DNA of 63,066 nucleotides, filler included, from Nemertoderma westbladi (Eukaryota; Animalia; Xenacoelomorpha): NCBI GenBank assembly GCA_032718475.1. It is 3 parts of 3 records of this genome, joined end to end, with 100 filler letters (N's around TTAATTAATTAA, not from the genome) between each part and the next. Parts side by side here need not be neighbours in the genome. Positions count along the whole stretch, not along the records: positions 1 to 26,269 come from JAUCBJ010001437.1; 2 more parts are not named here. One strand, 5' to 3'. Shown piece by piece: positions 11,401 to 23,376 of this stretch (position 1 is its first letter; each line of letters starts with the position of its first letter). The notes under the pieces were generated by a model. It saw only the letters and a program-made list of their open reading frames with translations, ran no database searches and was not told where the DNA came from. The position numbers and the translations under genes were made by a program.

Positions 11401-14400
11401 TATTTAGTACAGTAGTATTCCATGGCCTGCCAGTACTGTCAATATAAAATCCTGCAAGAATTATTACAATATCCTGATTTTCTTCGACTATAGCCAGATA
11501 GCCTACAGTATCAGCCTATGCCATTATTAGGTACGTCATGTACAGAAGTAATAATAGGTCGTTTATTGCGGCTTATACAGTACCGATATGAGCTGAGTTC
11601 AAGGGACAGCTGGTAACATATTAATTGTAATGGAATGCGCCTATGGATTCCACCCAGAGGTACTATGGATTTTGGCTTCCCATACTCTATACTACTATTA
11701 TTAGTATTACACAACCGTTGAACAACAGTATAAAATCGATTCATCATGGTAATGGTATCTCTCAATCCTGCATACACTAACAGAACAGTCATCTCCAATA
11801 CTCCACCCATATGTTTTCCATATTACCATTAACTAAAATGTACTTCTCTATAATAAGCACGCTTTAGGATCCATGTATTATTGTATTTGTATATTAACTT
11901 GTCGAAGGATTAAGCTTCCGTCCTACTGTATATTGTACATTGTACAAGCCAAAGTGAAAGTGATAATAAAAATTATTAAATGATTGCACCAATTATTTAC
12001 GAAACCATTTGAAACGAAATTGCGTATAAATGCATCGTTGTCAATCGATAGCCATTGGATATAAAGTTTGTTTGCACCCAAATTTGGAGAAACCTATGTT
12101 GCTGCGAGAATGATAAGCCGGGCTCATTGTTTTAAGTATAATGCGAAACCAGTGGCGTAGGGGCGTAACGATCTTTCAAGGACAAACCGGTCAAGCCGGC
12201 ACTTTAATTTAAACGGGTCGTGCAACGATAGTTATCATGATAAAAAAAAAATCCGAAAGCACCAATTAGACATACAAAGCAAATATATGCAGTATTTATT
12301 TTAATGACGCTATGTATTACTCAGAAAAATTATGAGATTAAATTAGATTGTGCAACAATAAAACATGTGACAGGTGATTCAGACGGAGATGGTTATTTCA
12401 GGGATGTGTGGTGAGTATGTCAAGTCAAGTCAAGGTTAGGTTAGTTTAGTTCGCTTAAAATGTTGAAATTTCACCTAACTCCTCCTCCGTCGTAAGTGAC
12501 TCATTTGTTAGCTACAAGCGTTTTAAGAACGGTGTCTCCGTCGATATTGCGCCAGTCGCGAAGCAGAACCTTATCGCCCCTATACTGTTAATTGCATTTT
12601 TGTTGGGAACTTATCGCCCCCGTGTTCTGAGTTTTTAGGAACTTATCGCCCCTGGGTCTTTATTGCCCCCGAGTCTTTATCGCCCCTGGTCCTTTATCGC
12701 CCATGTCATTATATACAGGCTACATTCCTTGAACTTTCCCACATTGTCTCTAAGTCACATATTTTAGTTATAGTTTACAGTTATAGTTATACTCATATAG
12801 TTTAATTTAGAGGAGGCCTACAATTAGAAATTATTCATATTCAATTCATAGACTACGCAGCCGCTAGGTCAACAGTAGGTTTTCTGGGGTTTTATTCAAG
12901 AGCCCCAGGTCGATTCCTAGACGCTTTAAATGCTGCAGATATCTCTACCCATGTTTTCATCCTTTACTGGTCGATAAATGGGAACCATGGTAACTTGGAA
13001 AACAGAGGGTTTACTGTGGAAGATCACCCATGGTGGTGAACAGGCATTCCTTCAGGAAACAGAGTGGAAGGGTTTACTGTGGAGGATCACCCATGGTGGT
13101 GAACAGCCATTCATTTAGGAAACAGAGTGGAGTTAACTGTGTAAGATCACCCATGGTGGTGAACAGGCATTCCTTTAGGACATAGAGTGGAAGGGTTTAC
13201 TGTGGAAGATCACCCATGGTGGTGAACAGGCATTCATTTAGGAAACAGAATGGAGTTTACTGTGAAAGATCACCCATGGTGGTGAACAGTGATTCATTTA
13301 GGAAACAGAATAGAAGGGTTTACTGTGGAAAATCCCCCATGGGAGTGAACAGGCATTCCTTTAGGAAACAGAATGCAAGGGTTTACTGTGGAAGATCACC
13401 CATGGTGGTGAACAGGCATTCCTTTAGGAAACAGAGTGGAAGGGTTTATTGTGGGAGATCACACATGGTGGTGAACAGGTATTTCTTTGGGAAACAGAGT
13501 GGAAGGGTTTATTGTGGAAGATCACACATGGTGGTGAACAGGTATTCCTTTGGGAAACAGAGTGGAAGGGTTTTTGTGGAAGATCACACATGGTGGTGAA
13601 CAGGTATTCCTTTGGGAAACAGAGTGGAAGGGTTTATTGTGGAAGATCACACATGGTGGTGAACAGGTATTCCTTTGGGAAACAGAGTGGAAGGGTTTAT
13701 TGTGGAAGATCACACATGGTGGTGAACAGGTATTCCTTTGGGAAACAGAGTGGAAGGGTTTATTGTGGAAGATCACACATACATGGTGGTGAACAGGTAT
13801 TCCTTTGGGAAACAGAGTGGAAGGTTTTATTGTGGAAGATCACACATGGTGGTGAACAGGTATTCCTTTGGGAAACAGAGTGGAAGGGTTTATTGTGGAA
13901 GATCGCACATGGTGGTGAACAGGTATTCCTTTGGGAAACAGAGTGGAAGGGCTTATTGTGGAAGATCACACATCGTCGGTAATTCGACAAAACCCCCTAA
14001 GTCGATTTTTGTAATTTTGAGAAAAACGAAAAAAACTGAATATTTTAAGATATCTTGAGTAATGCGATCTAATTTTTGAATAAATATAATCTAAAATAGC
14101 GTATAATTTGTTTGGGCACATATTTTTAGAGGTAGATCGCATTTTTGACCATTTAATTTGATATCTGTTGTTTGCCAGATTGTGAAACAAAATAGTTAGG
14201 TAATAACATACAATTAAGGGGGGTTATCTTTAGCATGTGGGTTTTTATCAGATTGCGCTGTCACATCTCCCTACCACCCATGACATTTGCCATGACATCA
14301 GTGTTTAGATACGCCTCTAACAGGCGTCCCCAAGAAAGGCATGGGCTGTCCACCATGTTTATTTATTCGCCAAAGCACAATATTATGCACTGGCTGGTAC

Positions 14401-17160
14401 TCACGGCGAAAGCAATGTCCTGCAAAGCGGAGGCGGTTCAGGTCAAGTGTCAAGCTAAGGAAGACTAATGGATGTTTCCTCCAATGTTGTATAGAGTGTG
14501 ATTGGAGATGTGTTCATTGTACTTCACACAATGAACCCGGCGCATCATTCTTGTGAAAGTGCCATCCAGAGATTTGGAATCCTCTGCAGTTAGAAGCCAG
14601 CATAGACTCCCACATACGAGTACTGGTTCTACTGCTGCTCTAAAGAGAATCGAACCTTTAGATTCCGTTTTTTTTCCATGGGACAGCCCAGACTCCTTAT
14701 TTTTATTTACTGTTTGCGCTAACACTTTCTACAGTACAATTAGCGGCTGAAGTCCTGTGCCATCATCATCTCTGATATTGTTGTTGTAGGCTTCTAAAAC
14801 AGATAAATCTCGATTCGTCATTGCTTCACCGTGAACATCTTCAGCTACACTCACTAACTGATTGACCATCTCCAGCTAAACTATATAATCGGCCTGTTGC
14901 ATTGAAACTGGTCATTGAGATGCTGGCTTAACAAAAATATTTTGCTACCACCATGCAATCCACAATTGACAAGCCCAATGCAGGGTGCATTAAGAATGCT
15001 ATGCCGGCTTATCTACGAAGATTCACCGCCACAAGTCCCTATCCCCCATGACTTTCTCGAGACTATGCTTATTTTCTCCATGTGGCTTCCAAATCACAAG
15101 ATTATGCAGAGGCTGGTCCTCAGTGCGAAAACAATCTCCTGCAAAGCGGAGTGTTCAAGTGTCAAGCTTGGGGAACCAATGAGACACCTCCAATGTTATA
15201 TAGTGTCTGGTTGGAGATGTGTGCATTGTACTTGACACAATGAACCCGGCGTAGCATTCTTGTGAATGTGCCATCCAGAGATTTGGTGTCCTCAGCAGTT
15301 AGAGCCCAGCATGGACTCCCATAGAGAAGTACTGAAACTACTGCTGCTCTAAATAATCGGACCTTAAGTTTCCGATTAATTCTTGGTGACTTCCAAATCC
15401 TGGAAAGCCTATTCAAGGCTGCCCACGCCTTTCCCTTACGTATTCGAAGGTGCTGACCTGACTTCCGGATCCATGATCCCAGGTAACAGAAGTCTTCCAC
15501 TTGCTCAAGCATACCATCCTTTGAGCTTATGCTCATCCGGTCAGAGACTTGCTGAGGACTTTCAAAGTTAACTGTCAAAATTTTCTAATGAGCTGAGGAG
15601 ATGTTTGGCTCCTTCTAGTGATTATGAGAGTACTCCTAACTCATCAGCAAAGTCTAGATTAGTTAGTAGTTAGTTAGTAGATTAGTTAGTGAACAGGCAT
15701 TCCTTTAGGAAACAGAATGCAAGGGTTTACTGTGGAAGATCACCCATGGTGGTGAACAGGCATTCCTTTAGGAAACAGAGTGGAAGGGTTTATTGTGGAA
15801 GATCACCCATGGTGGTGAAGAGGTATTCCTTTGGGAAACAGAGTGGAAGGGTTTATTGTGGAAGATCACACATGGTGGTGAACAGGTATTCCTTTGGGAA
15901 ACAGAGTGGAATGGTTTATTGTGGAAGATCACACATGGTGGTGAACAGGTATTCCTTTGGGAAACAGAGTGGAAGGGTTTACTGTGGAAGATCACCAATG
16001 GTGGTGAACAGGCATTCCTTTAGGAAACAGAGTGGAAGGGTTTATTGTGGAAGATCACACATGGTGGTGAACAGGTATTCCTTTGGGAAACAGAGTGGAA
16101 GGGTTTATTGTGGAAGATCACCAATGGTGGTGAACAGGCATTCCTTTAGGAAACAGTTGGGAGGGTTTAATGTGGAAGATCACCCATGGTGGTGAACAGG
16201 CATTCCTTTAGGAAACAGTTGGGAGGGTTTAATGTGGAACATCACCAATGGTGGTGAACATAAATTCCCTGGCTTACTAAGCCTAGACGTTTCTCCCATT
16301 CAAAATTCATATTAGTCACATTGGCGATAAGTTACCCGGGGCGATAAAGACCCGTGGGCGATGTGCTCCCATGGTGGAACAATATAGGTTATTTGCGGGC
16401 GGTGGAAGACATTGCTTCCCATCTTGTATATAAAGCCAACTTCCAGATAGGGGAGGACTTTTTACGCAATCAAAAGTCAACCCCCTCCGTGGTAGACGCT
16501 TCAAGAGGCTTCAAGGTCAATGGGTACAACGAGTCAAAGGGAACAAAACGATTCAAAGTGTAGAACATCAAAGAATACAGCGAGTCAAAGGCTACAAACC
16601 AGGCGGTTATTATCGTTATTATCGTTTATTATTTTGGTTATGGTTCGTTGGTCAGGTCTCAACCATAATTAAAACTGTAATCTGGAATCTCAATGCAATA
16701 TATTGTTGTAGTTATCGTAATTGCTAATAGCATTGGGGTAATTAACGTTGTCCTGGTAGGATTAACGTAAAAAGTTGCTAAACCTCACAAGATTACTGTA
16801 GATATTAGATTCACTTTGTATTTACCTGTATTTATTAGATTCGAGGCTAACCTCTCCTCTTTTTTTTTTACAACCAGACGTATAATATTTTCTATTTTAG
16901 ATCTGAACGGAGTTGATATCTACATAGGAAAGGTCGGCGGAATGGGTCCAGATGACTTCACGAGTAACGACAAATGCGCCACGCTAGGTACAGCGTCAGG
17001 CGAGACGCCACCTACAAAGGGAACCACGGGATACATGGCTAGATGTGCCGGCGCCGACGGCATACAGGGTCGTTACGTTGTGGTCTACCGAGGGGGCGAT
17101 ATCTCAACATCGTTCAACCTACTAGAGATTGAATTCTACGCCCCCGTCCCCAGGGCATAA
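2475..17160 (+). CDS. Secreted ~300-aa protein with a C-terminal F-type-lectin (fucolectin)/discoidin-like domain; 4 exons
   Basis: Exons 2475-2702, 2853-3045, 4780-5001 and 16901-17160 are all GT-AG with phases 0/1/1, giving 903 nt in frame. Signal peptide MYTIFLLLAVALYFGKA. Motifs PWFYVDMQRSYVLGFVYL, LNGVDIYIG, C..GIQGRYVVV and LLEIEFY match the F-type lectin pattern. AATAAA at ~17240. Confidence 0.8.
3500..4705 (+). mobile_element. Decayed RTE-clade LINE, 3' part, in lectin intron 2
   Basis: Frameshifted RT remnants (MLEILRAYGIP; RRLRFSGHCWR...LLFWQPTHGRRTRGRPAITYIDQL), ending in a GTAGTAGTAG-like tail at ~4688-4705. Confidence 0.8.
4986..7666. repeat. 26-bp minisatellite, ~103 copies, starting inside lectin exon 3
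   Basis: Constant GTAACAACATCCGTCGGACA plus a 6-nt variable part (AGTTGG/AGGTGA/TGGTGA/TGGTAA). The first unit spans the exon-3 donor CAAG|GTGAGT. Confidence 0.98.
8724..9019. mobile_element. ~300-bp MITE-like element
   Basis: Terminal inverted repeats GGGTGGTCCAAAAAA / TTTTTTGGACCGCCC, with further inverted similarity inward. Confidence 0.55.
9168..11093 (-). CDS. Intronless FERM-domain protein (641 aa), FRMD3/FRMD5-like, with a C-terminal transmembrane helix
   Basis: FERM motifs VSLLDD, YFGLRFVD, HWLNPEKPIKKQL, LRIKFYP, YLQLRKDLRHGRL, KHLWKSAVE. These are followed by a Pro/Ser-rich linker and the hydrophobic VFLLSFYLAVFSVFLILPGIFVVLE segment. Confidence 0.92.
   Translation of the reverse strand: MGSLKRHLSSKLKSPLKVAGRGGFCCSVSLLDDENDLHIDCQPTSIGKEVFNAICDRLALEEKGYFGLRFVDKDKRRHWLNPEKPIKKQLRKTKPYQLNLRIKFYPRDPRELKTPLAMYMCYLQLRKDLRHGRLRVSSEDEARMGACVVQESLGDFQAEEHLEGYVAVFGILPEESQSFHTRVHRLHSTEYRGRSPRECEDEFFSIAAAADTYGLDPHLCADDAGKPLFLGFTHPGMGVFSASSTRVALYPWNQLGQFDFRGDVFEVCVLDHSSASSAVIKYYCDSQPAAKHLWKSAVEAMTFYTSLSSASAPVLRGGRVLGRFFRTASHRCSNPTLSELQADNPAPRRGFLRAGSIRNRRLVRDHSERRRSTSDLSVAPPVSVAPHGGVSLPPLVASPIGLSASSSVPCLSQHPDPPSISSYSTRPLALNPDSIPQGSTHIPAPPMSADPISVTPTSTPPIPAAPTSTPPIHTAPESPPTPPSTTVEPPIAAPLGTSTPTQVAPPAAPLCTMESSDDDSQTDVFPFVEETKPKLSPHLPNGMAPVLNPNTPDFLLSTDPSDGLLVAEPSTRHPVFLLSFYLAVFSVFLILPGIFVVLEDKFDAAILDWLRGFPLVSHARFDLYIPARDWFIYWLGFIFQT
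12997..13973. repeat. 63-bp minisatellite, block 1 (~15 copies)
   Basis: Unit GTGGTGAACAGGTATTCCTTTGGGAAACAGAGTGGAAGGGTTTATTGTGGAAGATCACACATG; the 5' copies are more diverged. Confidence 0.95.
14235..14690 (-). mobile_element. Older diverged RTE LINE 3' fragment
   Basis: Translates to LFRAAVEPVLVCGSLCWLLTAEDSKSLDGTFTRMMRRVHCVKYNEHISN, the same family as 54576-56312. Confidence 0.85.
14976..15662 (-). mobile_element. RTE LINE 3' fragment with an internal deletion
   Basis: Near-identical to copies at 55465-56290 and 57025-57845 (TVNFESPQQVSDRMSISSKDGMLE..DFCYLGSWI..GKAWAALNRLSRIWKS). Confidence 0.92.
15689..16260. repeat. 63-bp minisatellite, block 2 (~9 copies)
   Basis: Same unit and orientation as block 1, preceded by a (TTAG/TAG)n junction at 15659-15690. 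Confidence 0.95.
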
Positions 17161-18005
17161 AGATTCCGAATTCTACGCATCCGTCCCCAGGGCATAAAGA
17201 TTAGTTTAACCCTGAACTCATACGTAACATTTTTCTGATAATAAACTGAAGTTCTGTAGGAAGTGTGTGATATTGTGAATTCATTTGCATTTGTTTGATA
17301 ATTGTTTTGCGTAACAAACTTAAGTATTAACTTTTGAAAACGAATTTTCTTTTCTGGATACCTACCCTGTTGCCTAGGCCTACTATTATAGTATTATATT
17401 AGTTAGTTGGTTTCGCTTCGGCTGCAGGCCATTTATTGTAATTAATAAAATACACAATTCTGGAACGTTTTATTATCTCAGTTTATTATCTCAACTTAAT
17501 TTAGCCTTCGTTACAAAGGAAACAATTAAATACGAGAGAAAGGTTGTCAAACAAACAACAACAAACAGTCGGCCGAAGCCGGAGGCGACCCGAAGGCTCC
17601 TCTTTCGATAGCTGCCACCCGAGGGTAGGGGTGGGCGCTACTCCTATCCCAAGATTTGCTCCCAGTTATTTAACTGGTACTCTCTAAATATCTTGTATAT
17701 TTTATTATTATAAATGATTATTGTAGTTAAATTTACAATGATATAAATTACAATACTGTTAATGTACAGTATGTTGGAAAAAATAACAAATAAAGTAAAT
17801 AAAGTAAAAAAATAAATTAAATTTTCTTCGGCCGCTAGGCCATGGATTACGCACAAGCAAAGTGTGACGACTTATTTCCAGTGCGGTTCCCCCAGAACTA
17901 TGCTCCCCAGAGGAAACTCCAGTACTCTTTTAGCTACCACTTGATCAGGCAGGATGCGCTCTGGCTGGTCCCTTCAAAGCATTCGTGCCGAAACGAAAAC
18001 TGCCC

Positions 18006-18080
18006 TGGCCCATGCGAGGATCGAACCCGCAACCTACGGGAGATGTTAATTCAATGTAACCACTACACCAAGGTGGGAGG
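18006..18080 (-). mobile_element. tRNA-derived SINE head or tRNA pseudogene
   Basis: The minus strand shows an A-box TGGTGTAGTGG, a B-box GGTTCGATCC and a tRNA-like 3' end GCGGGTTCGATCCTCGCATGGGCCA, but no intact anticodon or acceptor stems. Confidence 0.55.
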
Positions 18081-19239
18081 GACCTTATGGCCTGAGGGGA
18101 AGCAAACACATACATTTTTGAACGCCACTATCTCAGTTATTTAATACCAACTTCCAATTTATTACATATTCCCTGCAACATCATCTTTCCAACGGTACAA
18201 ACTAATCGCAATAATGTTAATGAATAAGCAGATGACTGTTGGAATGGGCAACTCAACTATTAATTTATATAACACTTATGTCGAATTTGAAAAGGATTCA
18301 TTTCGTCTCAAAAAGTCGTGAAAGAATGGAATTTTTAATAAAAGTCATGCATTTTTAATGTTTTTGAGGGTAACAACTGGTTTTTCGTTCTTCAATATGA
18401 GGGAATTTTTTGTATGTTTTTAATTTTGTAGAAATTAATCCGTCATATTTATCATAATTACCATTGAAATTGTCAGAAACTCCTTTAGTCTGACGATTGT
18501 CCATCAACTGTCTGCCGTATGTACATTCGAACGTATTCATACATTCATACATCATCCTTCTTTTCAACAGTCTAAAACGCCCAGGTGGAATAACTTATAG
18601 TGCAGCTTGATAGTAGTGATCGTAAATCATAAATACAACGAAATACTGTTCAAAATGTATTTTCCGGTACTAAAAAAACATGTAGCATGTAACATGTTGT
18701 AATATTAAAAGTAGGCCATGCACTACCCACACCCAATCTCTGGATGGTAGGCCTACATTCACAAAAGGATACTACAGTACGTCGGGTTCACTGTGTCAAG
18801 CACAATGCCCACATCTCCAATTAAACACTATATTCAACTCAAATTTATTTAATTAAACACTATATAACATTATAGGTGTCTCATTGGCTAAATGTTATTC
18901 ATATTGTAGAGACACCTTTCTCTACAGTAAGTGTCTCTTATTGCAAAATAAAAATTCTGGTTCATCCTGTCATGTTCTCACTTCATTAGCATCTGTAGAC
19001 AATTTTTGGGGAGAGCGGTGGGTGGGGCAATCCACTGAATTACATAATGTGGATTGCAAGTTCAATGCTGTACAGAGGCGATATACAAAAAAGTGGCCAA
19101 ACCAGATAAATTTGGGAAAAATAAAGTTTCTCAAAACCCAACATATGATTTATATTCTGAAAGCTCAGAGTCCGTAGAATTCAATGCGAGTATTGGCCGA
19201 CCTTAAATATGATCTGTAAAAAATATATACTGCTTGTCC

Positions 19240-19740
19240 CTTCCTGTCCACTGCCTGTAACCATTATTTTAACACATATTCTAGGATAATTGGTTACAGA
19301 CGTGGGACACTTGTCCCCCTTTAACCTTCCATGTAAATGTAATGAGAGCCCGGTTACAGGCGGTTACAGGTGGGGGGGCGTTTTATTGTACGACTGACAC
19401 TGCCAAACACACATGACAAATGCTGCGTATGAACATTATACATCAATTGGAAGCATTTTCAAGGAGGATTTCAGAACTGTTATTGTTTTACTGAGGTACC
19501 GGTACCAATTATATGCGATTCTATCAGCTTTAACGTTGGTTACAGGAGGGGACAGTTTATGGTTTTCCCTCCCGATCTGAGGTTCTTCAAACCCACATAT
19601 TTTCAAAAGTTGTTGATGAATTTGTATAATTGTTTTTGTGTGTCACAGCGGAGTAATTACAGATTCTTAAAAAAAAAAATTTCAAGGTGTGCCTGTAACC
19701 ACAATTGCCGTTATTCTTTTTTTGCCATCGGGGACATTTT
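19240..19740. mobile_element. Probable non-autonomous DNA transposon remnant
   Basis: Multiple GGTTACAGG / CCTGTAACC and GGGACA / TGTCCC motifs occur in both orientations. Ends not defined. Confidence 0.3.
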
Positions 19741-20455
19741 TAGTGGTCTGGTAGAAAACAAAATGTTCCAGGATCTCCCTGTATGCTAACTATAGATCTA
19801 CAGACAATGATGTTTTTTAAAATTTATAGACAAATTTTCGAGCTTTCATTTGGTATATAACATATTAACTTTTATTAACATCAGATAGAAACTAGAGCTC
19901 CTTATTCAACTGCTCCTAATAATTTTTTTGTCAAAACATCACGTTTTGGCCGCGGTTGTTGACGATATCAAGCACAATTTAGGGCTATTAATTTACAGTA
20001 GCGCTTAGTAAACATGGTTTGTTGGTTTCCTAGATTCCTGATGAAAATGTCTACCTGTAACATTTTATTTCATGAGATTCCATTCAGTAGAAATGGGATT
20101 ACACCTTGTTCTCACTTTTTTGTAAATTGCTCCCACAGTAGAGAATTGTAGGGCATTGTTTAAAGCTGCGTATTCATAGTGTTTTTATGTTCTAATACAC
20201 ACTCCAGTTGAGCGAAAACTTACTATTTGCAGTTGCTTTAAGAAGCGAAGAAAAAGCATGTGTTTCGCGTTTAGTGCGAAATCACCATCGACTATATACG
20301 GGTTTGTCGCGAACAAGTTGCTGATGCCTTCAAGCTACTGTACAAAATGGAGGTTTTTTTTATCTAGAACGGGGATGTACTCCAGTTTGGTCCCCCTCAC
20401 TTTTATCAACGTCTATGTATTTAGTTGAGAACGAGCAGTGCGGTTTGCACTACAG

Positions 20456-20514
20456 TATCTATCTCTATATCTATCTATCTCTATATCTATCTATCTCTAT
20501 ATCTATCTATCTCT
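20456..20514. repeat. (TATC/TC)n microsatellite
   Basis: TATCTATCTCTATATCTATCTATCTCTATATC... Confidence 0.9.
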
Positions 20515-21307
20515 AACATTAACACACAAAGAGGCGTACTGTATTTACGTGGAAAGATTTTTGTTATCAACAAATGGATTGCAATTCTATAAAATAAATT
20601 GTCCGCTTGTTGGGGTCACATTTAAAATTACCTCACATTGTTTTAAGGCATACAGTACTGTCAGTAGTTTAGATAGTGATTGCAGCTTTTCTAGCGATTT
20701 CTAAACTACAGACTGTACAATATATTTAATTATATTAATTGTACAGTATACTGTAATTAAATTGTATCGAACCCTTCCCGCTGCCATGAGTAACAAAAGC
20801 AACCACAAATATCACATCCTTGAATCATAACTTAACTATCTCAACAATAATTTATTAATCAAACTGTATATTACGGAGCCCCTAAAGGGACATTTTGAAA
20901 TAAATTTATACTAGAGTGCTCTAACACTCTAGTGCGCTCTACATAATTGTTGATTTGATTGGTTGGACTTATTTGGCGGGAAGTTCAAATGCATAAGTAC
21001 AGGTAATGGTTTATTTAGGGTGGTACCTGAACGGTACGCGGCACCCTAAATTTTCGCGGGGGACATTTCGCATGTGACATTCGCTGACTGGTACTAATTT
21101 ATTGACCGCCTGAACCGTAAACCAGTAAACCAATTACTGATCTATAATAATAATTCTACCGACAGACAGGTATTTACTATTCCAGTAGGCCTATTCTGCC
21201 TATTCTATAACAGGCAGACAGGACAGTATTATCTTATTATATCAGGCAGTCAGCAGTCAGAGTCCAAGTACCTACCGCCTACCGGCTGACCGGTATCAGT
21301 ATCAAAA

Positions 21308-23065
21308 ATGAGACGTAATCTATATGATAGCATCATCTCCCATCTGCGATCTACCGTGGATACCAACCAACTATTCTCTCAGTTCCCCACCGTCAGTAGA
21401 GACACTCTGTACAGCATCGTATCGCAGGATACACAACGTACTGTCCGCAAGACGATCCATACGCACCACACAGAAGATCGGATTGCTTTCTATTACCAAG
21501 AGTACATCGAGTCGACGAGAAAGCAACCTCCAGGTGTTGTTTCCCGGATGTCGGTTAAGTATTCGCTACCGCCAACCCTTCTGGCTCGCATACTACTGCA
21601 GTATTACGTTGTACAGAGCTCACACGAACTTAGCGATTCCGAGCTGAAACTAAAGGTCTATTCTCTAATGAAATCTCCCCAAAATATTGGTTAGTACCTT
21701 CAGACCGAAGACACTGAGATAGGTCAATTGTACTATAATATAAAGACTATAAACCCTTAAATACAATATATTATAGATGTCTGCTAACGCTGTTTTTGTA
21801 TTGTAGCCCCCATACTCTAGTAATGATGTATAGTACTTTTGTCTTTGTGATTCTATCTAATCCAACTCACTTTATGTGTAGATGACTCGAGACTATCCAC
21901 AGAGATTCTACTGGCCACTGTTAATGACCGCGTTTACGGTACCATGGTTGAGGGGATTAAACACACTGTTGGCTACGAACGGGAACTTTTACTTATCGAT
22001 AAACTTAATCAACTGAACTTGGCCTTCGTTACTGAGGAAACTATGCGAGAGAAAGGTTGGCAAACCAATAATGTTGATTTTATTCCTACCTAGTATAGCT
22101 GTAAAGCAGCTTTACTTCACTCTGCATCTCCAAAGTATATAGTAAATTTAGAGGTCACTATCAGAGATTAGACTGTTTTATTTTTATTAAGTGAATTATA
22201 GATTGTTGGTTGATCAGTTGGTTGATAATAATACCCCGGGTTCCTCATTTTTCCATCCATGAATAAAAATTTATAAAAATTGTATATCACACTCTTTGTG
22301 TGAAGTTGATTGTTTTTTAAATTCCCGGCGGGTAAAAAAGACTCCCAATAGGAATACATTTCCTTGTAAATAAATACAGTTGCACCACATTACTGTTTGC
22401 ACCTAACACTTTGTTAATTACCGATACTCTAGAGCCGTAGCACGATAGATCACTCGCTTTTCTGTTTCCCTTTAGGCTACGATAAAACACCCGACGTTAG
22501 ACTAGAAGTCCCCATAGCTGTCGACGGTTCCGTGATTAATTGGATAGAGAGTAAAGCGTCCTTCGGAGATGATGAATCCCATAGCGCCTACCTGAAGGAT
22601 CAGTACTGGAGCTATTTAAATAGGTGAGGTCTACCTAAAGTACTGTAGGTTTATTGTTTATCCAGTAACTATAGATCTCCCAACGAAATTATAAAGGCAA
22701 AATATAAAATACTGTCTCCATGTGAACATCGACGAGGAGTTGAACTAGTTGTTTTTGGTCCTTGTCAGCAGTAATTGACACTATTATTACGGGTTATGGT
22801 GTACTAATTTACCTTAACGCCTGATCTACCCGTGTATAATCCCCATTTAAGTTACCTATTTGTGTGTCGGTGTATCTTGTTTGGCTTTCCCTAGTTGGTC
22901 AACGTTTCCCTCTAATTGTTCAGGTTCGGTGCCGGACTGGTTATCTACTGGTTCGGGTTCATCGACGAACTCGACTGCCATCTCGACCACGGACTCCTCC
23001 TTCGGGACGGTTTCCCTGACAACATAGTCGTCCTTCAACCAATGGATGAGTTCTCAACCACTTAG
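21308..23065 (+). CDS. CDIN1: CDAN1-interacting nuclease 1 (C15orf41) homolog, 281 aa, 4 exons
   Basis: Exons 21308-21689, 21882-22055, 22476-22623 and 22924-23065 give 846 nt. Motifs [18 protein letters not shown] and [25 protein letters not shown] are recognised from CDIN1 (PD-(D/E)XK nuclease). AATAAA at ~23132. Confidence 0.93.
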
Positions 23066-23376
23066 TACAGACCAATCAGCTGTCCACAGACTAGGCCCAC
23101 CCCTAATGCAGGTATTTATTTACAATTACTTAATAAATTAAATATTTTATTACTTCCGAACTGTTTATTTAACTTTATTCCTAAATAAATGATTAAATCC
23201 AAATAATTCATCATCACTGTGACCAAAACTTGAGTTTGTTGTCAAAAATAAACCGCATGTCTAATATAGTTTCCAGTTAGATCAAAACACTCGAACACCA
23301 TCACACATTAATATGCCTTAACAATAAATTATAAAGTTTATCGATATTTTGTCGCATTTGTTATGTTGATGTCCGT

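Noticed and set aside
12997-16260. 63-bp array as another donor-seeded repeat (CAG|GTATT)
   Set aside because: The first copies have GC rather than GT at that position, and no adjoining exon could be supported.
18006-18080. Functional tRNA gene
   Set aside because: A and B boxes are present, but the acceptor and anticodon stems do not pair; treated as SINE or pseudogene. A weaker similar element at ~41104-41175 was not called.
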